A stretch of DNA of 64,000 nt from the human T2T-CHM13v2.0 reference genome, Homo sapiens. Under the pieces are notes generated by a model. That model was given only the letters and a program-made list of their open reading frames with translations. It was not told the origin of the DNA and did not search any database. Made by a program: the position numbers and the translations under genes. Location of the stretch: NCBI RefSeq assembly GCF_009914755.1, contig NC_060929.1. One strand, 5' to 3'. This document shows positions 47,626 through 61,665 of this stretch, piece by piece (positions within the stretch are counted from its first letter, which is position 1; each line of letters starts with the position of its first letter).

Positions 47626-50600
47626 AAAAGTAAATTTCAGACTCATGATTTCAACATACATTCTAGGTATTAAGTGAATTGAACAGTAGGCAAATTCTCA
47701 GAAAAGAGCCCCTCGCTTCTGTATAAAATTTTCTACCCAATCCTGAGACATGAGATGCCTATCCCATAGGATAACTGTACTTTTCCTATGATTTCAACTT
47801 TCCTAATATGGTGACAAAATACTCAGTCTGAGGCTCCATGTCAAATGTAATCCAATTTCTTATCAGTTCTTTATCCATATCTCTCAGTTATGAAATCGTT
47901 CAGAGACAATGACAATCCTACCTTTGATAAACCAGTTCAAAATAACAAAATGACTACAGCTCCTAGAACTGAACTAAGTACTCAGAAATGCACTGTAAAA
48001 TTTTTTATTACATAAACATGAAAAAGGTTATTTATGAAAAAAGATGGTAATCATTTCCCATGAAGTTAGTCTAACCAAGATTCTCCTTGGTTTTCCAAGA
48101 TAGTAACTGGCAGCATGTTATAAAGTAGCAACTGCCATTTATTACGTTAGTTGGTGGTATATACTAAGCACTTTGTTAACTAGACACCAACCCTTTCTAC
48201 AGACAGCTAAAGCCTCTACTTCAGGGATACTGGGTTTAAGATGCCCAAGAAACCAGTAGAGATTCTTATTTAGCTAATCAGGAATTGGCTTGGGGATCTG
48301 ATTTTCTTTTTGATAAGCATTCCAGATAATTCTATTGTAGGTGACACATAAAAACACTGAGAACCACTTGTCTAGCAAATGAAAAAGATAATGATAGCAA
48401 TTAAAATAAATGCTGTTATTTATTGAGTGATGTTATTCATTTTACTAGGAAGTCTATTAAGCACTTCACTTCCATTATCTCATTTAATCTTCACAACAAT
48501 CATTTTATAGGTGAACAGTATTTATACACATTATTTGAAATAATGAGCCCTGATACTGCAAGTTAGTTACTTTTGTCTTTATCTCATCGTTGAGAAAACT
48601 AAGATTCAGAGAGATTAAGGACCTTGCTAAAAATCACACGTCTGGCAAATGATAGAGTAAGGACTTGATGCCATATCTATGTGACTGACCTCAAAGAAAG
48701 CATTTTTTTCCCACTGCATTCCCTGCCCCACCATTAGGACATAAAAAATACATGCTATGTTTAAGAAATGTCCATTTTTTTTTACAAAAAAATGCAGCCA
48801 TCTTCCAAAGAAGAGAAAAGAAAAATGAAACAGTATTTCTTATATAAGGAACTAGGTCTAAACTAATAGAGTATATGTGGTCCTCCAGGTTTCTTTCCTC
48901 CTAATCTTCCTCAGTATTTACCTTCTTTTATCCATTGCGATAAATATTATAACAGAAGCTTATCTGTAGGCAGAGGAATGCGAATGTCTATAGCATTTCA
49001 ACCAGGTTATATAAGAGATGCTGATTAGTTTTCCAACAGCAGAAACATTACTAGGAACTGCAAACTTTTGGCAAAATGACAGTGTTTGCTAGGCAATACC
49101 TCGTGTGAAGTAGGCACTCAGTAAACATTATTAAATTAATAAAACAATTATTTAATGCACATGTGACTTTGGGCTGGTGTTGGTTTATATAAATGCTTTC
49201 TCCAGATGTTTATATATTGTAAATGATCATGCACTGCATTTTTATTTCTGCCTCTTGCTCTTACCATAGTGCTGGCACACAGTTGGCACTAAATAAACAT
49301 TTTCTGAGTGAGTAAAGAAACACCCAATAAAGAGAACTCTTTAGAATAATTCAAGGTTCTTCACTATATATTTCTCCCTATGTATTAGTTCATCCTAAGT
49401 TACTGCACATCTCTTTGTCTTTTGTTTCTCAACCTGTAAATTGCAACACTAATATAATAATAATGGCCACTTCATAGAGCTGTCAGGCAGAAAAAAAAAA
49501 GTAAAATGCTTAGAACAGCATCAGCAGATAATAACAAATATTTCAGTTGATAGTTATTCAAATAAGAATTATTAAAAATAAATGTAAAACATATTTTATG
49601 TCCCATTTTGTGGTTATTAAGTGAATACATACAATTTGCACAATGGAAAACATAGCTGTTCAACCACATTTATAGAACTCTCCAACGTTCTGGAAATTGC
49701 TAATAAGAAGTTTCAAAGTTATTTTGATGTTTTGGGTTTTGGAATCTGACACAATAAACACCACACTGTATTTACTTCTGGCTACTGCCTGTCTTAGAAA
49801 ATCCAATCCTCTTGACTTTATTTTAGGCTAACCAAGAATAGAAGATTGCAAATGGAAAGCAAATGTTGCTATTGCATCATTGGTTTCTGAAGACGAAAGA
49901 GCAACGAGCTCCATGACAGTTCCAGGGTGGTCAAGTTAAAAGCCAACTCAATATACTATGTAGGATGAGTTTAAAGCAGACCTTGTTTTCTTCTTTTCTT
50001 TGGATATTCTCTGGAGGAATATTTAGCAGTCTCTCAAAGTGATTAAAAACTAAAAGAAAACATATGCAAATATATATGACCTGACTTTTACAGCTTTCAT
50101 AATAATGATGAGTAAAAAAAAAATTAGATTTCTTTAAAAAGATATCAGAAGGAAATGCACTGAAGCACTTCGTTAATGTACTGCAAATTAAACTCATCAT
50201 TTATATTTTATTCATGGGATTCCAGAAACTGAGTCATTAAATAATTTTGTATTGTTATATCATCAAAAACATAAGACACATAATAATTCAGAGGGCCTAT
50301 AAATAAACTAAAATACAAATTCACTGGCATTCACCTGAAGAAATTAAAGCAATATGAAATGTTACAAGCCTCTGATCAGGAAAAACAAATATAAAAATCT
50401 ATAAAATATATATCTATAAGATACGAATGGTAGATACGTTCTCATTGAAACATTGAGAAAAACATGTATTATATGTGATCTAAGAAATAGAAATACCATT
50501 TTAAAACATTTACACAATAACTAAATATGATCTCACAACTGTGACATTATCTGATTATATAACATGGCATTTTAAAAAGTTATTTTCTCTCTTTACTGTC

Positions 50601-50748
50601 AATCTATATATTTTGTTATCTACTAAGTCAATATTTCATTTTAGAATTGTTTTACTGTGCAAAAAATCTGAACCTGTGCCAAGATATTAAACAGCAGGAA
50701 CCAATGAGAACATTTAGAAGAGGTGAATTAATGCCACTATTTATTTTT

Positions 50749-50753
<5 letters not shown>

Positions 50754-50781
<28 letters not shown>
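50754..50781. repeat. (TA)n microsatellite
   Basis: ~14 TA units. Confidence 0.9.
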
Positions 50782-52699
50782 CTTTATTATTATTTTTTCT
50801 AGTGGGAAATTAAGGTGACTTATTGTTCTCTCATTACTTTTTTAAACTTTGTTTCTCATTTGGATTGGTAAATATTCTAGGATTGTATCCAATATAACAA
50901 TTGTCACACAGCAGTTTCTTTAATCTGTTAATTTTGTCATCATAACCAATTGGCAATCAATGAGAACTATGGGTCAATGTTATTGCGATAGTTCACACTA
51001 GTCATGGTGGTTTCAGTCTTTTAAGAACCATCTCAAAACGTGCATAAATTTAATGTGTACATCACAGCATTTTATGTGTACATCACAGCACTTTTTGAAT
51101 AAAATACCTCATCATAAAATAATTTAACACATACCCTCCATTTGTATTTAAAATGTTGTATAGTTACTATTATTAGTCTGTAAATAACTATTAGTAAAAC
51201 TTGATTTCTGTTCTGAGAAACACTAATCTGTAATGTGTTTCATGGAAAAGGATTATGCAATCAATATATTTGGGAGTAACTACACATTTTGGCTCTCTAT
51301 TATAGAGTCATAAAACATTTAAAACAGTAGTTTAGGAAAACCTGCAATAAATAATCTGCTTAATTTTACTTACTCCTGGAATATTCCAAATTTATTTAAC
51401 CATATACATTTTTTAGCATATAAAAATACCCTCCCTGGTATAATCATTCCATAAAATACTGGATTGCAATTATTCACACATTTTAGGGAAGCCATACACA
51501 GTGCTATTTATTTATGTCCCCTCAAAAGCCAGGTAAGCACTGGAGAAGACCCACAGTTCCTCAGAACCATATTCTGATTTTTAGTGGGTTAACCATTTTT
51601 CCCTCCAAAAATGTTTCCAGGAGAGAAAAAAGTTGCAATAACATAGAGATAGAATTATCTTTTAATGGAGCAAAAGAGACAAATATTTCAGGGAAGCAGC
51701 ATGATTGAATGTTCAGCCAGAAGGCAAGCATTCTTCTCATGACTAGCTTGAGTGACCATAATTAGAAGTCTGTCAGTCCACCGTTAGAATGAAATCCACT
51801 CCATGCAGAGGCCTGTATGCTCTGCACAGGTACAGGACTGAGCGCAGTCAATGCCAATTAGAGTCACTGGGATCTTTCGAGAGGCAGAGACAGATACACA
51901 CTTCTCAGTCATAACTCTTTCAACTCAATATCGAAAGTGTTCCAAAGACACTCTGAGTGATTGCTCTGACTCCTTAATTGCATCTTATTCTTCACTCTGC
52001 TCTTTAGATGAACTGCTAGACACACATTTTTTTTTGCTGTCAAATCATTTCTAGACCTCAAGTAGCTCAAAATAATCGACCTAGGGTAGGTCAGGCTTGA
52101 TTATCTAGTGGCATCTTAGTAAGGACACCATCAAGTAAGTCATGGTCCAGCATTCATCCTTCATCAGAGATGACCTATTTTTTTTTGTGCATGTTCAGTT
52201 TTTTGAATTCAAATCTTACGATGTAGGAGAATAGGAAATCGTTAACAATCAAGTAAAATGTCAGATTGTGGGTTTTAAAGACCATATATCTATTAAAATT
52301 CCAATGCAAAACTGTGTATTTGTTGTCTTTGTATGGGAGCAAGGTGATCTGGTGGCTGTTTCTACAAATTTGGCTCCACGATGTGTTTCTTAAATTTTCT
52401 TACGTATGTTTAGAGAGACTAAGCAGTTAATCTACTGACACAGGTAAAAGAAAGCAGTTAATAATAATAAACAAAATAGCCACAACAACAACAATAATAT
52501 ATAGCAGCTATCAACTATAGAGCCCTATGTACCAGGCACTGCCTTAAGCTCTTTATAAGGTCCGTCTCTACAGAGAACTGAAGTGTTATCATTATTAGGA
52601 TTCTTCCCCTTCATCTAACCTTGATTTGTCCATATGCATGGGCTCTAAGTCCTAAAGTAATGTTGACAAGTCAGAAAACCTTTGGCATACAGAGTAGGC

Positions 52700-52852
52700 C
52701 AATGCTTCTTAAGCTAATGTGCACAGAAATCACTTGAAAATCTTGTGAAAATGCAGATTCTGATTTAATAGGTGAAACCCCAGATAGTGAAGTTCTGATA
52801 AACTCCCAGGTGATGCTGATGCTTTTTGTCCATGGACCACCCTTAGCATAGC
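52700..52852. mobile_element. MER5A-like hAT MITE
   Basis: aatgcagattctgatt...ttctgataaactcccaggtgatgctgatgct...ggaccacccttagcatagca. Confidence 0.7.
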
Positions 52853-53345
52853 AGGAGATTGGGAGATTTTTAATGAGCATAAGTCATTTGCCATGTGGTA
52901 AGTGTCAGGCAAGGAAAATCTTGTATCTAGCCGTATCCAAAGAAGAACAAAATTTTTTCTGAACAAAGGTTTTCATAAGCTCCAGCATTAAAATATTTTT
53001 TCCTAGTTCTATTTCCTTTACAAGGAATAGGAGGAAACATTGCTGATGCTGTCTCTATTCAGGGGCCTGGTTTCCTTAAATAGTCTATAACCTACAATCA
53101 CCAATAGCAGAAAATACAGAGATGGGGCTAGGTCCAAAATTTTTCTGCAAATTTGTAGTCACGCTAGTTTTGTGTAAATATTTTGCCTCATTAGGCTAAG
53201 AATACTGCACTCTGGCATTGGATTTCTGCATCTTTTATTCATATTCTTCAACAGACTTGTCAGCAACCTTTTAGGGTTTCCGCCTTCCTCCAATTTATGC
53301 TACATATGCTGGTACTATTTGTTTTTTTAAAAAAAAAAGTTGATG

Positions 53346-54017
53346 GGAAACAACAGATGCTGGTGGGGCTATGGAAAAATAGGGATGCTTTTACACTGAT
53401 GGTTGGAGTGTAAATTAGATTAACCATTGTGGGAGACAGTGTGGCTATTTCTCAAGGATCTACAACCAGACATACCATTTGATCCAGCAATCCCATTACT
53501 GAATATATACCCAAAAATTATTAATCATTCTACTATAAAGACACATGTACGCATATGTTTATTGCAGCACTGTACCCAATAGCAAAGACTTGGAACCAAT
53601 CCAAATGCCAATCAATGGATAGACTGGAAAAAGAAAATGTGGCACATATACACCATAGAATACTATGCAGCCATAAAAAAGATGAGTTCATGTCCTTTGC
53701 AGGGACATGGATGAAGCTGGAAACCATCATTCTGAGCAAACTAACACAGGAACAGAAAACCAAACACCACATGTTCTCACTCATAAGTGGGAGTTGAACA
53801 GTGAGAACACATGGACACAGGGAAGGGAACATCACACACAGGGCCCTGTCTGGGGCTGGGGGCTAGGGGAGGGATAGCATTAGGAGAAATACCTGATGTT
53901 GATGACCGGTTGATGGGTGCAGCAAACCACCATGGCACGTGTATACCTATCTAACAAATCTGCATGTTCTGCACATGTATCACAGAACTTAAAATATAAT
54001 TTAGAAAAAGAAAAAAA
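53346..54017 (+). mobile_element. 5'-truncated primate L1 (L1PA7/8-like) 3' end
   Basis: ORF2 C-terminus (MFIAALYPIAKTWNQSKC...SFAGTWMKLETIILSKLTQEQKTKHHMFSLISGS), L1PA 3'UTR, and A-rich run at 54005-54017. Confidence 0.92.
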
Positions 54018-56224
54018 TTTAATCAGTATACTTCATATTTGTGCACTTTGTATCTTATAGCGCAATAAAAATTTTAAAAGATGAAAAAAACTTGATGATC
54101 TATTTCTATGCTTTAAAAACCAAAACAGAATAAAAAAACAAAAACATAGAAAACTCCTTGATGGATTTCCCAGTTGGGGAAGTGAGAATTTCCCACTTCA
54201 ATTCAACTTCAATGCAAATTCTTCAGGCATTCAAAACTCCATCATTGTGGCTTCTACCTGCAGCCTCATTTTCTATTATTCTTATTCTTTTTTCAAATCT
54301 CTCATCTTTTGCTCATACTCTTCAGCAATCCTCAGAACTCCTTTGACCTCAAGGTTCTGGTTCAAGTTATTTCAGTTACTTGAAATATTTTCTCCTTTCA
54401 CATCAAATTTCTGCACCCTTTAAAGACACATTTCAACTTCCAACTTTCCCAAGACACTATCTTGGTTTCCTTAAGGTGGAATTGTTCTCTCTTTACTCCT
54501 CTAATATTTCCACAGCACTCTAGTTGAATTTCTACTAGTGTGGTCCTCACAGCCACTTTTGCATTAGAGGATTTGTGGATGTGTTGGATAGTCTTCCCCT
54601 CTAGACTATCTTTCAAGAGGGTGAAGAACCATGTCCGGTCCTTCTCTATAGCTCTTTTCCTTCTTAATACAGGTCTTAATTCAGAGTGGCATTCACACAA
54701 GTTTTTCTGAACTGAACTGTCAACTTGCTAATCCTTTTACTTGTGGCTCCTCAGATCCCCCTCTGAGAATATAGTGATGAGCAGATGTCATTCGCAGAAT
54801 TGCAAGGTAGTCGGATTGCAATCCTAAGCATCATTAGTGGCTTGGAATATGGAATATCCACGCACTTGTGTCAGAGTATCAGAGTCATCAAAAGAAAGGC
54901 AATGCTGCCAGTACCTGTTTATAAAAGGTAGCTACCAAGTTAGAGTAAAGGCCTCTGTGTTGAAGGAAACTTCTTGATGTTGCTGACTTTTAATTCGTAA
55001 TTTCATTCCTAAGTTGAAGAAAAACTTCCTTTGAATGGCCATGACCCTCTGATAATAACTTTCACTGGCCTGATAGATTTTGGAAACCACTCTGCCACAA
55101 TTTTCTCCAGAAGGAGCTAATACCTACAGCTCAAATGGAATAATGTTCCCTGGCGAAAAGTGGATATAGTCACACAGAAGAGTTTGTTAACTCAAAAGTG
55201 ATAATGGAAGATGTTTAAATTAACAAGGCCAATTGAATGGTCCAGGTGATATGCACAAATGTGCAATAAAGTGTCAACTGTTACACCAACATATCTGCTT
55301 TCTAATAAGAGGTAACAGAGAAAGTAAAGTCCCAGCTGAATGATGTAGGAACTAGTCTGGGTCTCTCCATCTTAACCCATTCTTTTGTACATCTTCACTG
55401 GGATGGGGTCAGCTGAAGACTTGCTTATTTAAGGGATTGCAGGCAGGATGCTCCTGAAGATAAACTTTGGGTCTAAAAGAGTTATTAGTCTGTAATATGT
55501 ACTGTTAGCGTGTATCTTGACTAATAAGACAAATTTTCATACTGTCCCTAAACTCTAGATATGAACCCTTATCTGTGCTATCCTCTCTTAGCACTTAGTA
55601 CATTTAATTGAAATTATCTGGTAAGGAAATTATCTTTTTTACTCAACTATGAGTTTTTATTTAAACAGAGATCATTCATTCTTTAAATTTGTAACCATGG
55701 CTTGGAGCAGAAAGGAGGCAAATATCAGCTATTTAGTACATATTTACTGAGATAGACTGAACTTGTGTTAGAAGAAAGGGCTCATGTAAATAGCAAGAGA
55801 GAAACTTCGGAGGTGGACAGCAGGCCTGCTGCTCATGTAGACATATATGCACAGTTAAACATGGCACTGCTATTTTGTCTAGGAGAGTCAGTTCAATGAA
55901 TTGATCTAGAGCATGAGCTTTTTAAATGGCCACTAGCTAATATTTCTAAAGCATTTCTTGTGTGAAGCCAAGTACTTTACATGCATTGCCTCATCTAATC
56001 GTTAATAGAATCCTTTACTGGAGAAACTATTTTTCTCATTTTACAGATGAAGACTGTGCAAGTTAGAAAGGTTAAGTGACTTGTCCAAATGCCAGAAATA
56101 AGGATTGAACTCAATCTGCTTTAACACTGAAATTCAGTCCCATAGTCACTACATTTAACACTTGACACTATTATTCAAAGCCATATTTTTGAATAATTTT
56201 GTAAAATTACAAAAAAATCTGTAA

Positions 56225-56610
56225 TTATGTACACTCTACTTTGTAATGTGACTTTGCAGCTCCCCGCATGCAGAGGTAGAGTATTTCCCCACGCCTTGAA
56301 TGTGAGCTGCCCTTGCTACTTGCTTTAATCAAAAACAGTATCCTTGGGCCAGGTCTAAACTTATGCTGCAAACAGGCCTTGGATAGCCTGCAGTATGATG
56401 AGGGCCATGTGATTCAGTTACCTTCATCATGGCAGCTAGCCAGACAGTCTTCAGCCCACCTGTGTGAGGACCACAGATGCATATGTGAGCCCAGCTAAAA
56501 TCATCTGGGCCTGGCTTGGATTGGCAGAACCTCCCAGCTGACCTGCCTTCTGAGTGACAATAAATGTTTTTTGTTTTAATCTACTAGGTTTTGGGTTAGA
56601 TTAAAAAGTA
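56225..56610 (+). mobile_element. MaLR (MLT1-type) solo LTR
   Basis: ctttgtaatgtgactttgcagctccc...ccacgccttgaatgtgagctg...aataaatgttttttgttttaatctactaggttttggg. Confidence 0.65.
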
Positions 56611-56920
56611 GCAAAATCTAATGGAGAATGCTGGGTTCTGTAGCAAACAGAAAACAAACCATTTTTTTCCCCATTCATTGAATGATTTACACATCTTTAG
56701 TTCCAGGATGACATTCATAATCACAGCTGGACATTGCTAAAGGGAATTTCCAACTGATTTTATGAATATTATAGGTTAAGCCATATGACATAACACAAAT
56801 CAGAAGTCCTACCTAGGTTCCTGTCCCCGCCCTGCTATACATGGGCTGTAGAATTTTGAGCAAATCATATACTCTTTATAGAGCTCAGTTTCTATATCTG
56901 AAAAAAATTGTTATTCTAAA

Positions 56921-57430
56921 ACAGCAATTCTCAAATTTTTGGTCTTAGAATCCCTTTATACTGCAACATTATTAAGGATTACAAAATAATTTTATGTGGG
57001 TTATAGCACTTCATAATTACCATGTTAGGAATTAAAACATAAATTTAAAAATATCATTAATTAATTGAAACCAACAAAAACGATCCTATTATCTAATGAA
57101 TATAAATAACGTTTTATGAAGAATAACTATATTTTCTAAAACAAAAGAAAATTAAGAAGACTATATTGCTATAAATTTCTGTAAATCTCCTTAATGTTAA
57201 TGATTAACAGAAGATAGTTGGATTCTCACATTTGCTTCTACATTTATTTTCGAAATACCTTATTTCATTTAGCTCCTGGAAAACATGACTGTACATTGTG
57301 AAAAAATGAAAGTGAATAAGGCAAGTCAAGTCTTGTTTTTGTTATGAAGAAAGTGTTGACCTCAAGGACATATCAAAAGGGTCTCCGAAACCCCCAAGTG
57401 TCTCTGGACCACACTTTGAGAATCACAGTT
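56921..57430. mobile_element. hAT-Charlie internal-deletion DNA transposon
   Basis: Terminal inverted ends cagcaattctcaaa ... tttgagaatcacag with a Charlie-like interior. Confidence 0.6.
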
Positions 57431-58241
57431 CCAAAGGATCTATAATCTAAAATCCTGTGATTTAATTAAAATTATAAACAATTCATTACAATTTTAATTA
57501 TTAAAAATTACCAAAAAGTAGCCAACTTGTCTTCCTCTGTAGTAGAAGCAAACATAATTCACTTTTGAATAGCTAGGGATTTAAAGGTCATTGTTATGTT
57601 TTAGACTAAATTAATATAAATATATATTTGAAAAGTTTTAAATTTAATGTAACTCATTTGGTTATCCTTTGATGAAGTGGAGCTTGTATATTTTAAAAAG
57701 GAAACTAATGCATTTGTATATAATTGAAGCTATTGTTCATTCATATCAGACTATCAACCTACTGAAAGGCCAATGTATGTGAATAAGTGAATTGCCAACT
57801 CTCTTCATATGCCCCTTAAATATCTATGCAAATTAATTCACACAAACAAGACTCTGAAAGTGACTTCATTAGTGCCGGCCAAGAAGTTACCATTTGGGAC
57901 TTCTCGCATAGAATAAAACATTTTCATCTCAAAAAACAGTTATGCAGAAAATAGCTCAAGTAATACAAAAAGCCTTGACCAATATTTATGCAAATCTGTT
58001 CTTTTCTAAACTACCAATTATATTCCTGGCTTCAGGAAAAAAAATTCCTTAAATAAACTTAAAAAAAAACCCAAAACAAACTACGGGACCTATGAGAGAT
58101 ATTAAATGATTATTAAGATATTGAAAATTAAATAACTGCCATTTATTAAACAATCATCAAGACCCAAATTCTGTCAAGATAAATGCAACATCCTTAAGTA
58201 TTTATAGTTCTTGTATTCAAGTTGAATATGGAATTAGTATG

Positions 58242-58817
58242 CTGTGGTGATTTGAAATATATGTACACAAATTCTTTGATAGCCCACAAATGGTGGAGCT
58301 TAATTCCCCTCCCCTGGAGTGTAGGCTGTATTTATTGATGCACTTCTGAAAAACAGAATACAAGAGAGGTGGTGCGGTGTTCCTTCTGAGATTAGGTTAT
58401 AAAAAGACTGAAGGTTCTGTCCAGGATTTCCTTGCAGCCTTTTTCTCTCATTCTGATTTCTTGCTCTTCCATGTTGTAAACTGCCCCATGGAGAGACTCG
58501 CATGGTGGGAAACTGAGGGAGCTCTCCAGATAACAGTCAGAAGAACTGATGCCCTTTTCCAACAGCCTGCAGGAAACTTAAGCTTGCCACAACTGCTTAA
58601 GTGGGCTTGAAAGAAGAGCCTTTCCTGTTTGGGCTTTCAAACGAGACCATAGCCCCAGAAAACAGCTTGATGGCAACTTCATGAGAGACCTTGAGCCAGA
58701 ATCCCCTAGCTAAGCCAATCCTTATTTTTGATCCTCAAAAGTTATAAAATAAGAAATGTCTGTTTTAAGCTGTTAAGCTTTAGGGCAATTTGATAATCAG
58801 AAGTAAATAAATAACAA
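58242..58817 (+). mobile_element. MaLR (MLT1E/F-type) solo LTR
   Basis: tgtggtgatttgaaatat...ggagcttaattcccctcccctggagtgtaggctg...catgagagaccttgagccaga...ttttaagctgttaagctttaggg. Confidence 0.7.
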
Positions 58818-58829
58818 ACCTTTTCATAA

Positions 58830-61665
58830 TAATAACTCTTAGCAAATTAGGTATAGAAGGAATGTGGTCAGAACAATAATGGCTGTCAATGACAAATCCA
58901 CAGCTAACATTCTACTTAATGGAGAAAAGTTTAAAGCTTTTACTCTAGATCAGGAATAAGACAAGGATGTCCACTCTTGTCCCTTCTATTCAACTGGAAG
59001 TCATAGAGCAATTAGGCAAGAGAATATAAAAGGCATCCACATTAGAAAGGAAGAAGTTAAATTGTCCCAGTTTGCAGATGATATGATATATACAGAAAAT
59101 CCAAAAGGTGCCACCAAAAATTTTTTAGAGCTAATACACAAATTCAATAAAGACTCAAGAAATAAAATCAGCATAAAAATCAGTAAAGTTTCTGTACACT
59201 AACAACAAAGTAACCAAAAAAGTAATCAATAAAACAATTCAATTTATAATAGCTAAAAAATAAAATTAAGAATAAATTAAACCAAAGAGGCTAAAGACCT
59301 GTACACAGAAAGCTATAAAACACTCATAAAATACATCGAAGATAATACAAAGAAATGAAAAGATAGCACATTTTGATGGTTAATATTGAGTGTCAACCTG
59401 ACTGGATTGAAGGATGTTCCTGAATATGTCTGTGAGGGCGTTGCCAAAGGAGATTAACATTTGAGTCAGTAGGCTGGGAGAAGCAGACCCACCCTCAATC
59501 TGGGTGGGCACCATCTAATTAGCTGCCAGTGCAGCCAGGATAAAAGCAGGCAGAGGAACATGGAAGGACTAGAATGACTAAGTCTTCTGGTCTCCATCTT
59601 TCTCCCATGCTCAATGCTTCCTGCCCTCGAACATCAGACTCCAAGTTCTTCAGCTTCTGGACTCTTGGACTTACACCAGTGACTCTCCAGGGGGTCTCTG
59701 GCCTTTGGTCACAGACCGAAGGCTGCACTATTGGCTTCCCTACTTTTGAAATTTGGGGACTGGCTTCCTGGCTTCTCATCTTGCAGACGGCCTACTGTGG
59801 GACTTCCCCTTGTGATTATGTGAGTCAATTCTCCTAATAAAGTCCCCTTCACATATTCATCTATCCCATTAGTTCTGTCCCTTTAGAGAATACACACATG
59901 TTCATGAGTTGGAAGAATTCAAATTATTAAAATGTTCATATTACACATTAAATGCACTCCTTATCAAAATTCCAATGACATTTTTCCAGAAATAGAAGTA
60001 ACAATCCTAAAGTTCATAGGAAATTACAAAAGACTTTGAATAAGCAAAGCAATTTTGAAGAAAAAAGAGCAAAGCTGGAGGCATTATACTACCTGACTTC
60101 AAAATATATTACAAAGCTATAGTAATCAAAATAGCATGGTACTGGCATAAAAACAAACACATAGACAAATGGAACAGAATAAGGAGCCCAGAAATAAATC
60201 CACATATTTATAGTCAATTGATTTTTAACAATGATGCCAAGAACACATAATGGGGAAGGACAATCTCTTCAATAAATAGCATTGGAACAACCAGTTATGC
60301 ATATGCAGAAGAATGAAATTAAAACCCTTGTTCCATGCCAGATACAAAAATCTATTCAAAATGGACTCAAGACTTAAATGTAAGACCTAAAAATGTAAAA
60401 CTACTAGAAGAAAACAAAGCGGGAAAAGCTCCATGACATTGGTCTGGGCAATAATTTTTGGAGCTATTACCCAGAAAGCACAGGCAACAAAAGCAAAAAC
60501 ATACAAATGGGAATACATCAAATTAAAAGGCTTCTGCACAGCAAAAGAAACAATCAACACATTGAAGAGATAACCTACAGAATAGGAGAATGTATTTGCA
60601 CACCATACTTCTAATAAGGGGTTAATGTCCAAAATATATAAGGAACTCAAACAACTCAATAGCAAGAAAACAAATAATCCAATTAAAAAATGGGCAAATA
60701 ACCTAAATAGACATTTCTTAAAAGAAGACATATAAATGGCAAACAGGTATATAAAAATATGCTCAATCTCACTAATCATCAGAGAAACGCAAATTAAAAC
60801 CACAGTGAGATATCACTTCATGCCTGTTAGGATGGCTATTATCAACAAGACAAAAGATATGTATTGGTGAGGATGTGGAGAAAACGGGACCCTTATATAC
60901 CACTGGCAAGAATGTAAATTTAATATAGCCTATGGCAAACAGTATAGAAGTTCTTCAAAAACTTAAAAATAGAACTACCATATATATGACCCAGCGATTG
61001 CACTACTGGGTATATATACAAAGGAATTGAAATTAGTATGACAACAAAATACCTGTACTCCCATGTTCACTGAAATATTATTTATAATAGCCAAGATATA
61101 AAATGAACCTGTGTCCATCAATGGATAAGTGGATAAAGAAAATTTGGTATATATACCTAGTGAAATACTACTCAGGGTTAAAAAGACAAAAAAAAAATCC
61201 TGTCATTTGCGACAACATGAATGAACCTAGAGGACATTATGTTAAGTGAAATAAGGCAAGAACAGAAAGACAAATATTGCATAATTTCAATTGTATGTGG
61301 AATCTAAAAAGTTGAACTCATCTAAGTAGAGAGTAGAATGACGGTTACCACAGGCTGGCAGGAGTGGGACTGGGGAGATGGTAATCAAAGGTTACAAAAT
61401 TTTAGTTAGATAGGAGAGATAAATTCAAAAGATCTATTGTCCCACATTGTAGCTATAGTTAATAACAAAGTATTTTATGCTTGAAAATTGCTGAGAATGG
61501 ATTTTATGTGTTCTCATTGCAAAAAATAAGTATGTAAGGTAATGTATATGTTAATTAGCTTGAGCTTGTCTATTCTACTATGTGTACATATTTCAAAACT
61601 TCATGCTGTACATAATTTTACATATATATAATTTTTGTCAAGTAAAATTAATAAATAAAAAACCT
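58830..61665 (+). mobile_element. Old L1M (L1MA/MB-type) 3' portion, interrupted by an MLT2A LTR
   Basis: Decayed ORF2 (caggaataagacaaggatgtccactc; cagtttgcagatgatatgata; aaagctggaggcattatactacctgacttc) and L1MA-type 3'UTR ending in aataaa at ~61650. Confidence 0.88.
59372..59894 (+). mobile_element. ERVL MLT2A-type solo LTR
   Basis: Starts t(t)tgatggttaatattgagtgtcaac, ends ...gagaataca, internal AATAAA at ~59836. 5-bp TSD cacat (59367-59371 and 59895-59899); the host L1 resumes after it. Confidence 0.85.

Noticed and set aside
60387-60803. 138-aa hydrophobic minus-strand ORF
   Set aside because: Antisense translation of L1 ORF2 sequence, a common artefact.
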